Below are positions 1 to 10,177 of a DNA stretch of 32,000 nt, one piece after another. The stretch covers positions 600,001 to 632,000 of the forward strand of contig BX248583.1 of assembly GCA_000043285.1 (NCBI GenBank), given 5' to 3'. Source of the DNA: Candidatus Blochmanniella floridana (GTDB lineage Bacteria; Pseudomonadota; Gammaproteobacteria; Enterobacterales; Enterobacteriaceae). Within the stretch, counting starts at the first letter, position 1. Each line of letters starts with the position of its first letter. Position numbers and translations under genes: made by a program. The notes beneath the pieces are model-generated. The model worked only from the letters and a program-made list of their open reading frames with translations, made no database searches and was not told the DNA's origin.

Positions 1-630
1 ATATACTCCAGCTGCTACTAAACCTGCAATATGCGCCATATCAACAAAAAAGTAAGCTCCAACAGAATCAGCTATACGACGCATTCTAGCCCAATCCACA
101 ATACCGGAATATGCAGAAAATCCTCCTATAATCATCTTGGGCCTATATCTTTCAGTTAAAAAACACAATTGTTCATAATCAATACATCCAAACTTATCCA
201 CTCCATAAAATATAGTTTTATACAATTTACCCGAAAAATTCACTTTTGATCCATGAGTCAAATGTCCTCCATGATACAAATGCATCCCCAAAATCGTATC
301 TCCAGGATCCAATAAAGCATTGAAAACAGAAAAATTTGCCTGAGATCCAGAATGCGGTTGTACATTTACATATTCAGCAGTAAACAATACCTTTGCTCTA
401 TCTATAGCTAATTGTTCAATTAAATCAACATATTTACAACCCCCATAATAACGCTTACCAGGATAACCCTCAGCATATTTATTGGTAAGCTGAGAACCTT
501 GAGCTTTCATAGCTTGTATACTAATATAATTTTCTGAAGCAACTAAATCAATATGTCGTTCTTGACGATTAATTTCTTTCTTAACTATATCCCACAATTC
601 AATATCGTAATCCATAATATCATATACCAT
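1..630 (-). CDS. glyA: Serine hydroxymethyltransferase, N-terminal 210 codons; the C-terminal part lies beyond the window start
   Basis: Hand translation of the reverse strand from the ATG at 630 gives [64 protein letters not shown]...[33 protein letters not shown]. This is collinear with the E. coli GlyA N-terminus. It is missing from the ORF track because the ORF is open at the window edge. Confidence 0.9.
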   Translation of the reverse strand, partial: MVYDIMDYDIELWDIVKKEINRQERHIDLVASENYISIQAMKAQGSQLTNKYAEGYPGKRYYGGCKYVDLIEQLAIDRAKVLFTAEYVNVQPHSGSQANFSVFNALLDPGDTILGMHLYHGGHLTHGSKVNFSGKLYKTIFYGVDKFGCIDYEQLCFLTERYRPKMIIGGFSAYSGIVDWARMRRIADSVGAYFFVDMAHIAGLVAAGVY

Positions 631-703
631 TATTATTTTATCAATAACACTACCTTTTAACTCAAACAAACATTACCAACTGATCTCTATAAATCTTTTA
701 TCA

Positions 704-1183
704 TTACAATATTTTTTTTCTACAAAATCTTCTCCTAATTTTGAAAAAACTGCTTATTTGATCAGAACAAATTTTTTCTAATACTCCACTTTTTATAACA
801 AAACGATGATTACAATCATTCCTGATATATTTATTCCATATACTAAAATATTCAGTCTTTTTATTATGCGCCCCATACACTAATTTATAAACACGAGCAT
901 GAATCATAGCCCCAATACACATCATACACGGTTCTAAAGTTACATATAAAGTAGTATTTAATAACCGATAATTTCCTAATACTTCAGCTCCTATACGTAA
1001 CGCTACAATTTCTGCATGAGCGCTAGGATCATTATTCTTTATCGAAGCATTATAACCACAACCTATGAGTCTTTCATTATACACTAACACTGCCCCCACT
1101 GATACATCTCCATTCAAATCAGCAATATTAGCCAACATTACTGCATAACACATCCATATTATCTCTATATCAACAGGATACAT
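704..1183 (-). CDS. tadA: tRNA-specific adenosine deaminase (CDA-fold zinc deaminase)
   Basis: The 159-aa ORF carries the HAE and PCxxC zinc motifs (SAHAEIVAL, LEPCMMCIGAM) and is collinear with E. coli TadA. The exact start is uncertain. Confidence 0.85.
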   Translation of the reverse strand: MYPVDIEIIWMCYAVMLANIADLNGDVSVGAVLVYNERLIGCGYNASIKNNDPSAHAEIVALRIGAEVLGNYRLLNTTLYVTLEPCMMCIGAMIHARVYKLVYGAHNKKTEYFSIWNKYIRNDCNHRFVIKSGVLEKICSDQISSFFKIRRRFCRKKIL

Positions 1184-1326
1184 TAGTTTATTTATTATTT
1201 TTCATTTATACCATAAAAACATATAATCATAATAAAATTGTAAATCACATTTATTATAACAAATTTATATTTTTCATTAATTAATATTAATTACAGCATT
1301 TACAACAAAAATACATTCGTTCTTAT

Positions 1327-1704
1327 TTAACATTCAAAAATAACTATAGAACAAGCATATAAACCAGTATCAGAGACAGAAACATGAGTTCGCACTAAAT
1401 CTAATTTTTTTGCTAATACAGCAGCTTGAGAAAAAAAACGCAACATAGGCCTTCCTAAATCATCATTAAAAATTTCAAACTGACTAAATGTTATACCTTG
1501 ACTCATACCAGTTCCAAAAGCTTTCAGTACTGCTTCTTTTGCAGCAAAACGCTTCGATAGAAAACGAACAGGATATTCTTTACTATAATACAATTTTAAC
1601 TCTGATTTTCTAAGAATCCGTTTAGCTAATTTATCTCCACTACGTATAACTATTTTTTTTATCCTATTGATTTCTACAATATCTATACCAATACCATAAA
1701 TCAC
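1327..1704 (-). CDS. acpS: Holo-[acyl-carrier-protein] synthase
   Basis: 125 aa beginning IYGIGIDIVEI..., with the length and N-terminal motif of E. coli AcpS. It starts with GTG at 1704 in a 4-nt GTGA overlap with the pdxJ stop, the same pdxJ-acpS arrangement as in E. coli. Confidence 0.9.
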   Translation of the reverse strand: MIYGIGIDIVEINRIKKIVIRSGDKLAKRILRKSELKLYYSKEYPVRFLSKRFAAKEAVLKAFGTGMSQGITFSQFEIFNDDLGRPMLRFFSQAAVLAKKLDLVRTHVSVSDTGLYACSIVIFEC

Positions 1705-2444
1705 TGATCATCCTTTTTTCTAAATTCTTTCAATAATTCCTTCATATCTTTAATTGCTTTAGGTAAACCACAAAACACAGCACGACTCACAATAGCATGA
1801 CCGATATTTAATTCTCGTATTTGACTTAACATTGCAATAAATTTTACATTATCATAATTCAGACCGTGCCCTGCATTTATCATCAAACCATAACTTAATG
1901 CATGCTTTATACTTTTCTCTATACGTCGATACTCCAATATTCTATCCTCTTTATTTTTAGATTCAGCATATTTTCCGGTATTTAACTCAATACACCGAAC
2001 TCCTATTTTATAAGATGCATCTATTTGTTCTATATCAGGATCTATAAATAATGATACTCGAATACCAGCATCACTTAATTTTAATACTATATTTTGCATC
2101 TTATCTATTTGATAAATAAGATCTAATCCACCTTCTGTAGTAAGCTCTCTACGCCTTTCCGGTACCAAACAACAATAATGTGGTTTTAATTGACATGCAA
2201 TCATAACCATTTCATCTGTTGCCGCCATTTCTAAATTCATAGTAGTTTGTACAATTTCTCGCAGCAATTTCACATCTCTATCAGTAATATGTCTACGATC
2301 CTCTCTTAAATGCACAGTAATACCATCTATACCAGACTGTTCAGCAATATATGCAGCATATACTGGATCTGGGTATTGTGTACCTCGGGCATTTCTTACA
2401 GTCGCTATATGATCGATATTTAAAGCCAACAATAAATTAGACAT
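1701..2444 (-). CDS. pdxJ: Pyridoxine 5'-phosphate synthase
   Basis: 247 aa, collinear with E. coli PdxJ (LGVNIDHIATLRNARG-type N-terminus and the HLREDRRHI motif). Confidence 0.93.
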   Translation of the reverse strand: MSNLLLALNIDHIATVRNARGTQYPDPVYAAYIAEQSGIDGITVHLREDRRHITDRDVKLLREIVQTTMNLEMAATDEMVMIACQLKPHYCCLVPERRRELTTEGGLDLIYQIDKMQNIVLKLSDAGIRVSLFIDPDIEQIDASYKIGVRCIELNTGKYAESKNKEDRILEYRRIEKSIKHALSYGLMINAGHGLNYDNVKFIAMLSQIRELNIGHAIVSRAVFCGLPKAIKDMKELLKEFRKKDDQ

Positions 2445-2499
2445 AATATAATGTATTCACCTCATTTATAATAAGTATCAACTTTATAATAACTAATTC

Positions 2500-2537
2500 A
2501 TTTGTATTCTAATATTATATAATATTAGAATACAAAT
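2500..2537. repeat. Perfect 38-bp palindrome in the rnc-pdxJ spacer
   Basis: Base-by-base check: atttgtattctaatattat / ataatattagaatacaaat is fully self-complementary with no loop. It lies 133 nt downstream of the rnc stop and 56 nt upstream of the pdxJ start. Confidence 0.9.
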
Positions 2538-2669
2538 AACATATATTATCAATAAAACTACTAGAATATTTATTTTTATTATTTTATTAACCATAATTAC
2601 TTTTATACATTGACATGTATATACCTACAAATAATTTGCAATACACATAACTCACACTTATTCTAATTC

Positions 2670-3368
2670 CTAATCATTATTTATTTCTATCAAAAACTTT
2701 AACGCGTTCTCTGCAGCATCTTGTTCCGCTTTACGTCTACTAGATCCTCGACCCATTACTGAATACTTTAAACTACTTACTTGACAATTCATAATAAAAA
2801 TTTGATCATGAGCTTGACCTTGCACCTGATTAATACAATATATAGGCAAAGGTAAATGATGGTGTTGCAAATACTCTTGTAAACGAGTTTTAGGATCTTT
2901 TTGTTTATCCTCTAAATCTATTTTATTTAATCGAAACTGATACCAAAAAGCAATTAACATTTCAATAGTTTTTATATTACTGTCTAAAAATATCCCTCCT
3001 ATTATTGCTTCAACAGTATCAGCTAAAATAGATTCTCGATTATATCCCTTATTTTTTAACTCTCCTTGACCTAATTTTAAACAATTTCCTAATTTAAACT
3101 CTTTGGCTAACTCTACTAAAGTTCGAGAACATACTAAACTTGAACGTATTCTACTCATATCTCCTTCGTCCATATGATTATACCTATGATATAAAATATT
3201 AGTAATACTATAATTTAATATAGAATCACCTAAAAATTCCAATCGTTCATTATGCTTATTGCTAAAACTTCTATGCGTTAAAGCTCTTAACAATAAATCT
3301 ACTGTATGAAAAAAATATCCCAATTTCTTTTGCAGCAAATTAATTTCTATACACTTTATACATTGCAA
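2670..3368 (-). CDS. rnc: Ribonuclease III
   Basis: 232 aa with the RNase III signature ERLEFLGDS, a C-terminal dsRBD, and an LQKKLGY..LL.ALTHRS N-terminus like E. coli Rnc. Confidence 0.93.
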   Translation of the reverse strand: MQCIKCIEINLLQKKLGYFFHTVDLLLRALTHRSFSNKHNERLEFLGDSILNYSITNILYHRYNHMDEGDMSRIRSSLVCSRTLVELAKEFKLGNCLKLGQGELKNKGYNRESILADTVEAIIGGIFLDSNIKTIEMLIAFWYQFRLNKIDLEDKQKDPKTRLQEYLQHHHLPLPIYCINQVQGQAHDQIFIMNCQVSSLKYSVMGRGSSRRKAEQDAAENALKFLIEINND

Positions 3369-3502
3369 ATGTATATATACCTCATCTACTATTTTTCATA
3401 AAATCTATACCGTCGCATACATCATATTAATAAATATATTAATATATAAAATATATACATTAATTAATATATTTTACAATCAATAAACTATATTATTACA
3501 CA

Positions 3503-4501
3503 TTATTTTAACATACCAATTCTATCTAATTTAATACCAGTAGGCCACTGACCCTCTTCTTTTTTCAAACTCATCCAAATCATCGTTGCTTTACCAACAA
3601 TATTACGTTGAGGAACACAACCCCAATAACGACTATCTGAACTATTATCTCTATTATCTCCCATCACAAAATATTCATTTTTAGGTACCAACCATTCAAA
3701 AACCAAATATTTTGAATGAAGATGATCATTATACATTTTAAGAAACCTATTATCCCCAGGCGATATCATAGTTAAAATATCATGTTTTATTCCATCTAAT
3801 GATTCTGTAGTTTTAATTAATCTAATACCATCAGGATAATCCGTATCAGTATAATTATCTTCTATCTTAAAAAATTTCGTATTAATCATTCCATCGTTAG
3901 ATTTTTTAAAAATTTGAATAAAATCACTCAACATAATATTACTATAAACAATAGGTAACTGCTGTTTATATATACCATCCTCACTGATTGGATATACCTC
4001 TAAATGCTTACTAATGATATTATAAATCACCTTATCTCCAGGTTCTCCAATCACTCTTTTAATATAATTTAATTTAACATTTTTAGGATATTTAAATACT
4101 ATTAAATCTCCTCGCTTTGGACTATCAAAATTTATTAACATATTATGATTCACAGGATCTTTAATACCATATATAAATTTATTTACTAAAATTAAATCTC
4201 CTACTAATAAAGTAGGCATCATAGAACCTGAAGGTATTTGAAATGGTTCAAATAAAAATGATCGTATTATAAAAATTAACAATAATATTGGAAACATAGA
4301 AGAAATAAATTCATAACAATTAACACATAATAACATCAAACCACTAACAATGTTAGTTGAACTCTTATAATACTCTTGTATTTTTTTCAAAAATACAATA
4401 TTACCGCGATTATAAAAAATCATATATAATTGTTTCAGACACCAAAAAATACCTGATATTCCAGTAACAATCATTAAAATTAAAGAAAATGTATTAATCA
4501 T
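3503..4501 (-). CDS. lepB: Signal peptidase I
   Basis: 332 aa with N-terminal TM segments, the catalytic Ser box IPSGSMMPTL, the Lys box YIKRVIGEPGD and the GDNRDNSSDSRYWG box. Confidence 0.93.
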   Translation of the reverse strand: MINTFSLILMIVTGISGIFWCLKQLYMIFYNRGNIVFLKKIQEYYKSSTNIVSGLMLLCVNCYEFISSMFPILLLIFIIRSFLFEPFQIPSGSMMPTLLVGDLILVNKFIYGIKDPVNHNMLINFDSPKRGDLIVFKYPKNVKLNYIKRVIGEPGDKVIYNIISKHLEVYPISEDGIYKQQLPIVYSNIMLSDFIQIFKKSNDGMINTKFFKIEDNYTDTDYPDGIRLIKTTESLDGIKHDILTMISPGDNRFLKMYNDHLHSKYLVFEWLVPKNEYFVMGDNRDNSSDSRYWGCVPQRNIVGKATMIWMSLKKEEGQWPTGIKLDRIGMLK

Positions 4502-4544
4502 ACTAATATTAACCTTTACAATAACAATTAAATGTGGGTATACA

Positions 4545-6344
4545 TTAACTATCTCTATTCAAAATAGACATAAAAACACTATTAGGTAAATTAACCTTAC
4601 CTACTTGTTTCATTCGCTTTTTTCCTATTTTCTGGTTATGCAATAATTTTTTCTTTCTAGTAACATCTCCCCCATAACATTTATGCGTAACATTTTTTCT
4701 TAATTGTTTTATAACGTCCCGACATATTACTCGCTTTCCTATCACTGCTTGAATAACAATATCAAATTGTTGTCTTAAAATTAAAGATTTTAACTTATTT
4801 ACTAATATACGTCCTTGAAATTCAGCTGTTATTCGATGTACAATAACAGCTAACGCATTCACACGCTGTCCGTTAATTAATATTTCTATACACACCATAT
4901 CCGATGCTTGGAATCTATTAAACGTATATTCTAACGAAGCATATCCATTTGAAATAGATTTCATACGATCAAAAAAATCTAAAATTATTTCAGACATAGG
5001 TAACTCATACGTTAACATCACTTGATCTGCTTTATACACTAAGGAAACCTGAACACCTCTTTTCTCCACACACAAAACAATAATTTCTCCAAGATACTTC
5101 TTTGGCATTAAAAAATTACACAATACAATAGGTTCTCGTATTTCTTTAATACCAGTTATAGATAATAATTTTAATGGATTATCTACATATATAATTTGAT
5201 CATCAACAACCAATACTTCATACATCACCCCTGGAGTAGTAATAATTAAATCTATTGCATATTCACGCTTTAATCTTTCTTGTATAATTTCCATATGTAG
5301 TAAACCCAAAAAACCACAACGAAAACCCAATCCTAAATATTCAGAATACTCCGACTCATAATGTAAGGACGAATCATTTAAACTTAACTTATATAACGCA
5401 TCAGCAAAAACTTTCTGACTAGTTGAACCTGCAGGAAATAACCCTGCATACACATAAGGTTGAATCTTTTTAAAATTAGGTAACGATTTTTGAGCAGGAT
5501 TAATTAATAACGTTAAAGTATCTCCTACTGGTGCTCCCATAACACGATGATTCTTAGAAGTATATACCAACCAACCTACCTCTCCGCAATTCAACGACAT
5601 TCGTTGTACTTGTTTCGGAGTAAATATTCCTAATTGATTTACAATATATATTTGACCTGTATTCATAGACTGAATAGTATCACCTTTATGTAAAATACCA
5701 TTTTTAACACATATTAACGATATTACTCCTAAATAATTATTAAACCATGAATCAATGATTAACGCCTGTAACGGTGCATCACAATTCCCCTGAGGAACAG
5801 GTATATCAATAATTATACGTTCCAATATATCTAAAACTCCTAACCCTGTTTTTGCAGAACATAAAATTATATCATTGGAATTAATACCAATAATTTCCTC
5901 AATCTCTTTAGAAACACGATTAATATCTGCGGTTAATAAATCTATTTTATTTAAAGCTATAATGACTTTTAAATCCCTCTCCATAGCAATACGATAATTA
6001 GCTACAGTCTGTGCTTCAATACCTTGAGCAGCGTCTACTACTAATACAGCACCTTCACATGCTGCTAAAGCACGAGATACTTCATACGAAAAATCTACAT
6101 GCCCAGGAGTGTCTATTAAATTCAATTGATAAAATTGCTCATTACTACGAGATCTATAATTTAATGTAACACTTTGTGATTTGATAGTAATACCCCTTTC
6201 TCGTTCTAATTCCATAGAATCTAAAACTTGAGACATCATTTCACGATCACATAAGCCACCACAAATTTGTATAAATCTATCAGATAACGTCGACTTACCA
6301 TGATTAACATGAGCAATAATCGAAAAATTACGTATATATTTCAT
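4545..6344 (-). CDS. lepA: Elongation factor 4 (translational GTPase LepA)
   Basis: 599 aa with the G1 motif AHVNHGKST and the G3 motif DTPGH. It is collinear with E. coli LepA, and the lepA-lepB-rnc order is conserved. Confidence 0.96.
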   Translation of the reverse strand: MKYIRNFSIIAHVNHGKSTLSDRFIQICGGLCDREMMSQVLDSMELERERGITIKSQSVTLNYRSRSNEQFYQLNLIDTPGHVDFSYEVSRALAACEGAVLVVDAAQGIEAQTVANYRIAMERDLKVIIALNKIDLLTADINRVSKEIEEIIGINSNDIILCSAKTGLGVLDILERIIIDIPVPQGNCDAPLQALIIDSWFNNYLGVISLICVKNGILHKGDTIQSMNTGQIYIVNQLGIFTPKQVQRMSLNCGEVGWLVYTSKNHRVMGAPVGDTLTLLINPAQKSLPNFKKIQPYVYAGLFPAGSTSQKVFADALYKLSLNDSSLHYESEYSEYLGLGFRCGFLGLLHMEIIQERLKREYAIDLIITTPGVMYEVLVVDDQIIYVDNPLKLLSITGIKEIREPIVLCNFLMPKKYLGEIIVLCVEKRGVQVSLVYKADQVMLTYELPMSEIILDFFDRMKSISNGYASLEYTFNRFQASDMVCIEILINGQRVNALAVIVHRITAEFQGRILVNKLKSLILRQQFDIVIQAVIGKRVICRDVIKQLRKNVTHKCYGGDVTRKKKLLHNQKIGKKRMKQVGKVNLPNSVFMSILNRDS

Positions 6345-6596
6345 CTTTTTTTCAAATATCTATTCACACAAAACATCAATTATAATATAGTTATATAATT
6401 CATAATATATAATAACAACAAATCAAAACGATTGTTCATTCACTATTTTATCTATTATATAGATAAAGCATAAATTCAGTTTCATTTCTATCAAAAATGC
6501 ATAATATGATATCTTTGTTAAATTTATAATAAATACGTTATACTAACGCAATAATAATACAATCTATTAAATCATGCTATAATAAAAATTATTATA

Positions 6597-7262
6597 ATGC
6601 CCAAATTAACCTGGCAATTATTATTATCTCAAGAAAAAAACTTGCCTTATTTCAAAAATATATTCACCATTTTAAATCAACAAAAAAAATCAGGAAAAAT
6701 TATTTATCCAAAACAAAATGATATTTTCAATGTTTTCCGTTTTACCGCATTTGAATCTATAAAAGTTGTAATAATAGGGCAAGATCCTTATCATGGATAT
6801 AATCAAGCTCACGGTTTAGCTTTTTCTGTTCCTCATGGAATACCTTTACCTCCTTCTCTAAAAAATATTTATAAAGAATTAGAAACAGATATTCCTGGTT
6901 TTATCAAACCACAACACGGTTGTTTATCTTCTTGGAGTAAAGAAGGAGTATTTTTATTAAATAGTATTTTAACTGTTGAACAAGGAAAAAGCAGATCCCA
7001 TGCTCATATTGGATGGGAATTATTTACTGACAAAGTAATACATACACTCAATACATATCGACAAAATCTTGTATTTCTACTCTGGGGAAAACATGCCCAA
7101 CAAAAAAGCCATATTATTAATAATCAAAAACATCATATCTTAATTACATCACATCCTTCACCAATTTCAGCCAAATATGGATTTTTAGGATGCAAACATT
7201 TCTCTAAAACCAATACTTTTCTCGCAAACCAAAATCAACATATTATTAATTGGCAACTATAA
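6597..7262 (+). CDS. ung: Uracil-DNA glycosylase
   Basis: 221 aa with the family-1 UDG motifs GQDPYH, HGLAFSV and the C-terminal HPSPIS. Confidence 0.94.
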   Translation: MPKLTWQLLLSQEKNLPYFKNIFTILNQQKKSGKIIYPKQNDIFNVFRFTAFESIKVVIIGQDPYHGYNQAHGLAFSVPHGIPLPPSLKNIYKELETDIPGFIKPQHGCLSSWSKEGVFLLNSILTVEQGKSRSHAHIGWELFTDKVIHTLNTYRQNLVFLLWGKHAQQKSHIINNQKHHILITSHPSPISAKYGFLGCKHFSKTNTFLANQNQHIINWQL

Positions 7263-7414
7263 AACTACATAATCATATATCTTATAAAAATATCCAAAAA
7301 TTATATAAATAATTATATTATAATACCTAATTCATTTAATTTTTACACTCAACACAATAAAAATGAATATATTAACTCAAAATAATTGACAACATAAATA
7401 TATTTCATTACAAA

Positions 7415-7470
7415 ATACAAAAATACGTTACATGATTTATATTAATATGTCATGTAACGTATTTTTGTAT
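7415..7470. terminator. Hairpin with a perfect 21-bp stem and 14-nt loop between convergent ung and grpE; candidate intrinsic terminator, mainly for grpE
   Basis: Arm 7415-7435 (atacaaaaatacgttacatga) is the exact reverse complement of arm 7450-7470. A T-rich run, aatttttattt, follows on the + strand. The hairpin sits 24 nt past the grpE stop. Confidence 0.55.
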
Positions 7471-7493
7471 AATTTTTATTTAATAAACTAATA

Positions 7494-8081
7494 TCAACTT
7501 TTAGATTTAGCTACTATTACCATCGCTGGTCGAACTAATCTTCCATTTAAAGAATACCCTTTTTGAACAATAGTTAATACCTGATTTGATTCATATTTTT
7601 CCGATTCCATAGTTGATATAGCTTGATGTATTTCAGGATTAAATGGGATATGAATTTCATGTATTGATTTCACCCCAAATTTATATACAGTATCTAAAAA
7701 AGATTTTAAAGTTAAATCAATTCCCTCTATTATTGCAGATAATGTAGTATTAGAACGATCGATAATACCCAATGTACGCTCTAAATTATCAATTACTGGT
7801 AATAATTCTGACACAAACCGATCTAAAGCAAATTTATGTGCTTTCTCTATTTCCTGTATATTACGCCTTTGAATATTTTCTATTTCAGCTTTTAAACGTA
7901 AAATAGTATTACGTTCATGCTCCTTAATTTGAGCTAATTGAATTTGCAATTGAATAATCTGATCATCTTTAGGATCAATGATACTATCTATTTTACAAGC
8001 AGATTCTGATAACTCATCCTTTTTTATCGTATTTGCAGAAGACGCATTAATATCTTGATTATGTTTATTATTATCTATCAT
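7494..8081 (-). CDS. grpE: Nucleotide exchange factor GrpE
   Basis: 195 aa, a coiled-coil N-terminal half followed by a C-terminal beta domain ending LNGRLVRPAMV as in E. coli GrpE. Confidence 0.92.
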   Translation of the reverse strand: MIDNNKHNQDINASSANTIKKDELSESACKIDSIIDPKDDQIIQLQIQLAQIKEHERNTILRLKAEIENIQRRNIQEIEKAHKFALDRFVSELLPVIDNLERTLGIIDRSNTTLSAIIEGIDLTLKSFLDTVYKFGVKSIHEIHIPFNPEIHQAISTMESEKYESNQVLTIVQKGYSLNGRLVRPAMVIVAKSKS

Positions 8082-8123
8082 GAATTTTCTCCGTTTTCTA
8101 ATTATATGTTTTATAATTCAGTT

Positions 8124-8152
8124 ATTATAAGGACGAATAATCGGTATTCAAG
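8124..8152 (-). promoter_or_regulatory. Candidate grpE promoter, compatible with both sigma70 and sigma32 readings
   Basis: The minus strand reads gtgtCTTGAATaccgattattcgtCCTTATAATaac. One reading is TTGAAT-16 nt-TATAAT for sigma70. The overlapping reading is CTTGAA-13 nt-CCTTATAA, resembling the sigma32 consensus CTTGAA/CCCCATnT. It lies about 40 nt upstream of the grpE ATG. Confidence 0.35.
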
Positions 8153-8205
8153 ACACATTTATAATGAATAAAAGTTATAATTAATACAGAAAATATTCAT
8201 ACAAC

Positions 8206-9087
8206 ATGACTTCTTCTATTTTTCGCACAATTGGTATTATAGGGCATTCTTCTTATCCTAAAGCAATTAATACATATGATGTATTATACCGTTGGTTATA
8301 TAATAAAGGTATTAAAGTAATGATAGAACAACACGCTTCTCATCTATTACGAACCCATAAAGCAATCATAGGTAATTTGCACGATATAGGAGATTATGCC
8401 GACTTAGCAATAGTTATAGGAGGTGATGGAAATATGTTACGAGCTGCAAATGTTTTATCTCAATATGATATTAAAATTATAGGTATCAATCTAGGAAATC
8501 TAGGATTTCTTACCGATTTAAACCCTCATTCCGCTCTAATAGAATTATCAAAAATCTTATCAGGACACTTTATTAACGAAAAACGTTTTTTATTAGATAT
8601 CAAAATACAACACTATAATAATGTAACTATATTAGGAACCGCCATCAATGAAGTTATTTTATATACTAATACAATCAAAAACATGATTAAATTTGAATTA
8701 TATATTAATAATAACTTTACTTTTTCTTCACGATCTGATGGATTAATCATAGCTACACCAACTGGATCTACTGCTTATGCTCTTTCTGCTGGAGGGCCTA
8801 TTTTAAGTCCCTCAGTAGAGGGTATAGTATTAGTACCAATATGTCCTCATACTGTATCATCCCGTCCAATTATTATTGATAACAAAAGTACTATTTCTTT
8901 AAAGTTTCCCAAAATTACACCAAAATTAACAATAAGATGTGATAACCAAAATCCAATTTACATTGATAAAGAAAAAGAAATTTTTATTCAACGTAGTAAT
9001 CATATCCTAGATTTAATTCATCCCAATAATTATAATTACTTTAAAAACTTACGTATCAAACTCGGTTGGCAAAAAAATTCAATATAA
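8206..9087 (+). CDS. nadK: NAD kinase
   Basis: 293 aa with the GGDGN motif (VIGGDGNMLRA) and the TPTGSTAYALSAGGPI motif. It is divergent from grpE, as in E. coli. Confidence 0.93.
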   Translation: MTSSIFRTIGIIGHSSYPKAINTYDVLYRWLYNKGIKVMIEQHASHLLRTHKAIIGNLHDIGDYADLAIVIGGDGNMLRAANVLSQYDIKIIGINLGNLGFLTDLNPHSALIELSKILSGHFINEKRFLLDIKIQHYNNVTILGTAINEVILYTNTIKNMIKFELYINNNFTFSSRSDGLIIATPTGSTAYALSAGGPILSPSVEGIVLVPICPHTVSSRPIIIDNKSTISLKFPKITPKLTIRCDNQNPIYIDKEKEIFIQRSNHILDLIHPNNYNYFKNLRIKLGWQKNSI

Positions 9088-9172
9088 AATATAATACAAA
9101 AATATATCTGCATTATTTTCATAATACAATAAAATATTCAATTAATTATATAAAATTATATACTCATAAGAA

Positions 9173-9520
9173 ATGACAAAAATATTCAACACTCTTAGTA
9201 TCGTTATATTAATAATATTTAATATAAACTGTAGCATAATGTTACCTAAAAAAATATATAATTTTCATCCTACATTTACAGAACAAGGTACATATCTTAC
9301 TCAAAAAGATATTCAAAAAATCAAAATCGGTATGACAAAATCTGAAATACTTTCATGCATTGAATCCCCTCCTACATTAAAAAATATATTTGGATCAAAT
9401 ACATGGTATTACGTATACCATAAATGTTATAGTTCAAAACTATTAGATTACCGAACTATCATATTACAATTTGATTCTCATGATAAGTTAATCACTCTAA
9501 AGATATTAAATAATATTTGA
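9173..9520 (+). CDS. bamE: Outer-membrane assembly lipoprotein BamE (SmpA)
   Basis: 115 aa with a signal peptide and a Cys lipobox (FNINCS). It is collinear with E. coli BamE (QGNYLT.., GMT..Q, FG.NTW.YV). Confidence 0.8.
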   Translation: MTKIFNTLSIVILIIFNINCSIMLPKKIYNFHPTFTEQGTYLTQKDIQKIKIGMTKSEILSCIESPPTLKNIFGSNTWYYVYHKCYSSKLLDYRTIILQFDSHDKLITLKILNNI

Positions 9521-9604
9521 TTACCTTAAATAAAAAGTATCCATATAATGAATATGTATATTCATACTTAAAAAATTTCTTGTTATTACTATATGAAATA
9601 AACT

Positions 9605-10048
9605 TTATACCATAGATCCATATATTTTATTAGCTCTAGAAATAAATATTTTTATTATATTCTTATATCTATGTTGAAAAGGAACATTAACAATCTTCTC
9701 CACATACATAGATTGAAAATCATAATAAGATACATATTCAATTTGACACTGAATCCTACTAATTGGACTAAATCTCCAACATCCATAAAAAATTTTAAAC
9801 GGACTATTCATTAAAAAAATTATAATACTTTTATTTTTAACAAAAAAATTATGAGTAATTAAAGAACGGGTTAATCCATCAATGATCTTAAAATCAATCT
9901 CAGCAACTAATTCATCACTCTCTTTCTTAAGAATATGTATTTTATTAAATCCAGGAATAAATTCAGTATAAGAACAAACATCATTTACTATATTGAACAT
10001 CTGTTCCACACTATACGGAGCAACTGCAAAACATTTAATATGAAACAT
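9605..10048 (-). CDS. ratA: SRPBCC/START-fold protein RatA (YfjG, Coq10-like)
   Basis: 147 aa at the conserved position, divergent from smpB. The N-terminus ...YS.EQMF.IVNDV..Y.EFIP matches the YfjG family. Confidence 0.75.
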   Translation of the reverse strand: MFHIKCFAVAPYSVEQMFNIVNDVCSYTEFIPGFNKIHILKKESDELVAEIDFKIIDGLTRSLITHNFFVKNKSIIIFLMNSPFKIFYGCWRFSPISRIQCQIEYVSYYDFQSMYVEKIVNVPFQHRYKNIIKIFISRANKIYGSMV

Positions 10049-10177
10049 ACTTATGTTTATCTATATTATTATGATAATATATGTTATTTATTAGAATAAT
10101 ATATATATTTTTGCGCATAAATATTATATTACAATAATAATTAATAGCTAAATACTTAAAATAAATATACTAATACA

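Noticed and set aside
1278-1300. Short A/T-only palindromes and hairpins in several spacers. Examples are taattaatattaatta near 1280-1297, ttatcta/tagataa near 6443-6461, atgaatat/atattcat at 9548-9565, and aacctt-t-aaggtt at 20167-20179.
   Set aside because: Their stems are 6-8 bp of mostly A/T pairs, which arise by chance at this composition. Some may be weak terminators, but the sequence alone does not support calling them.
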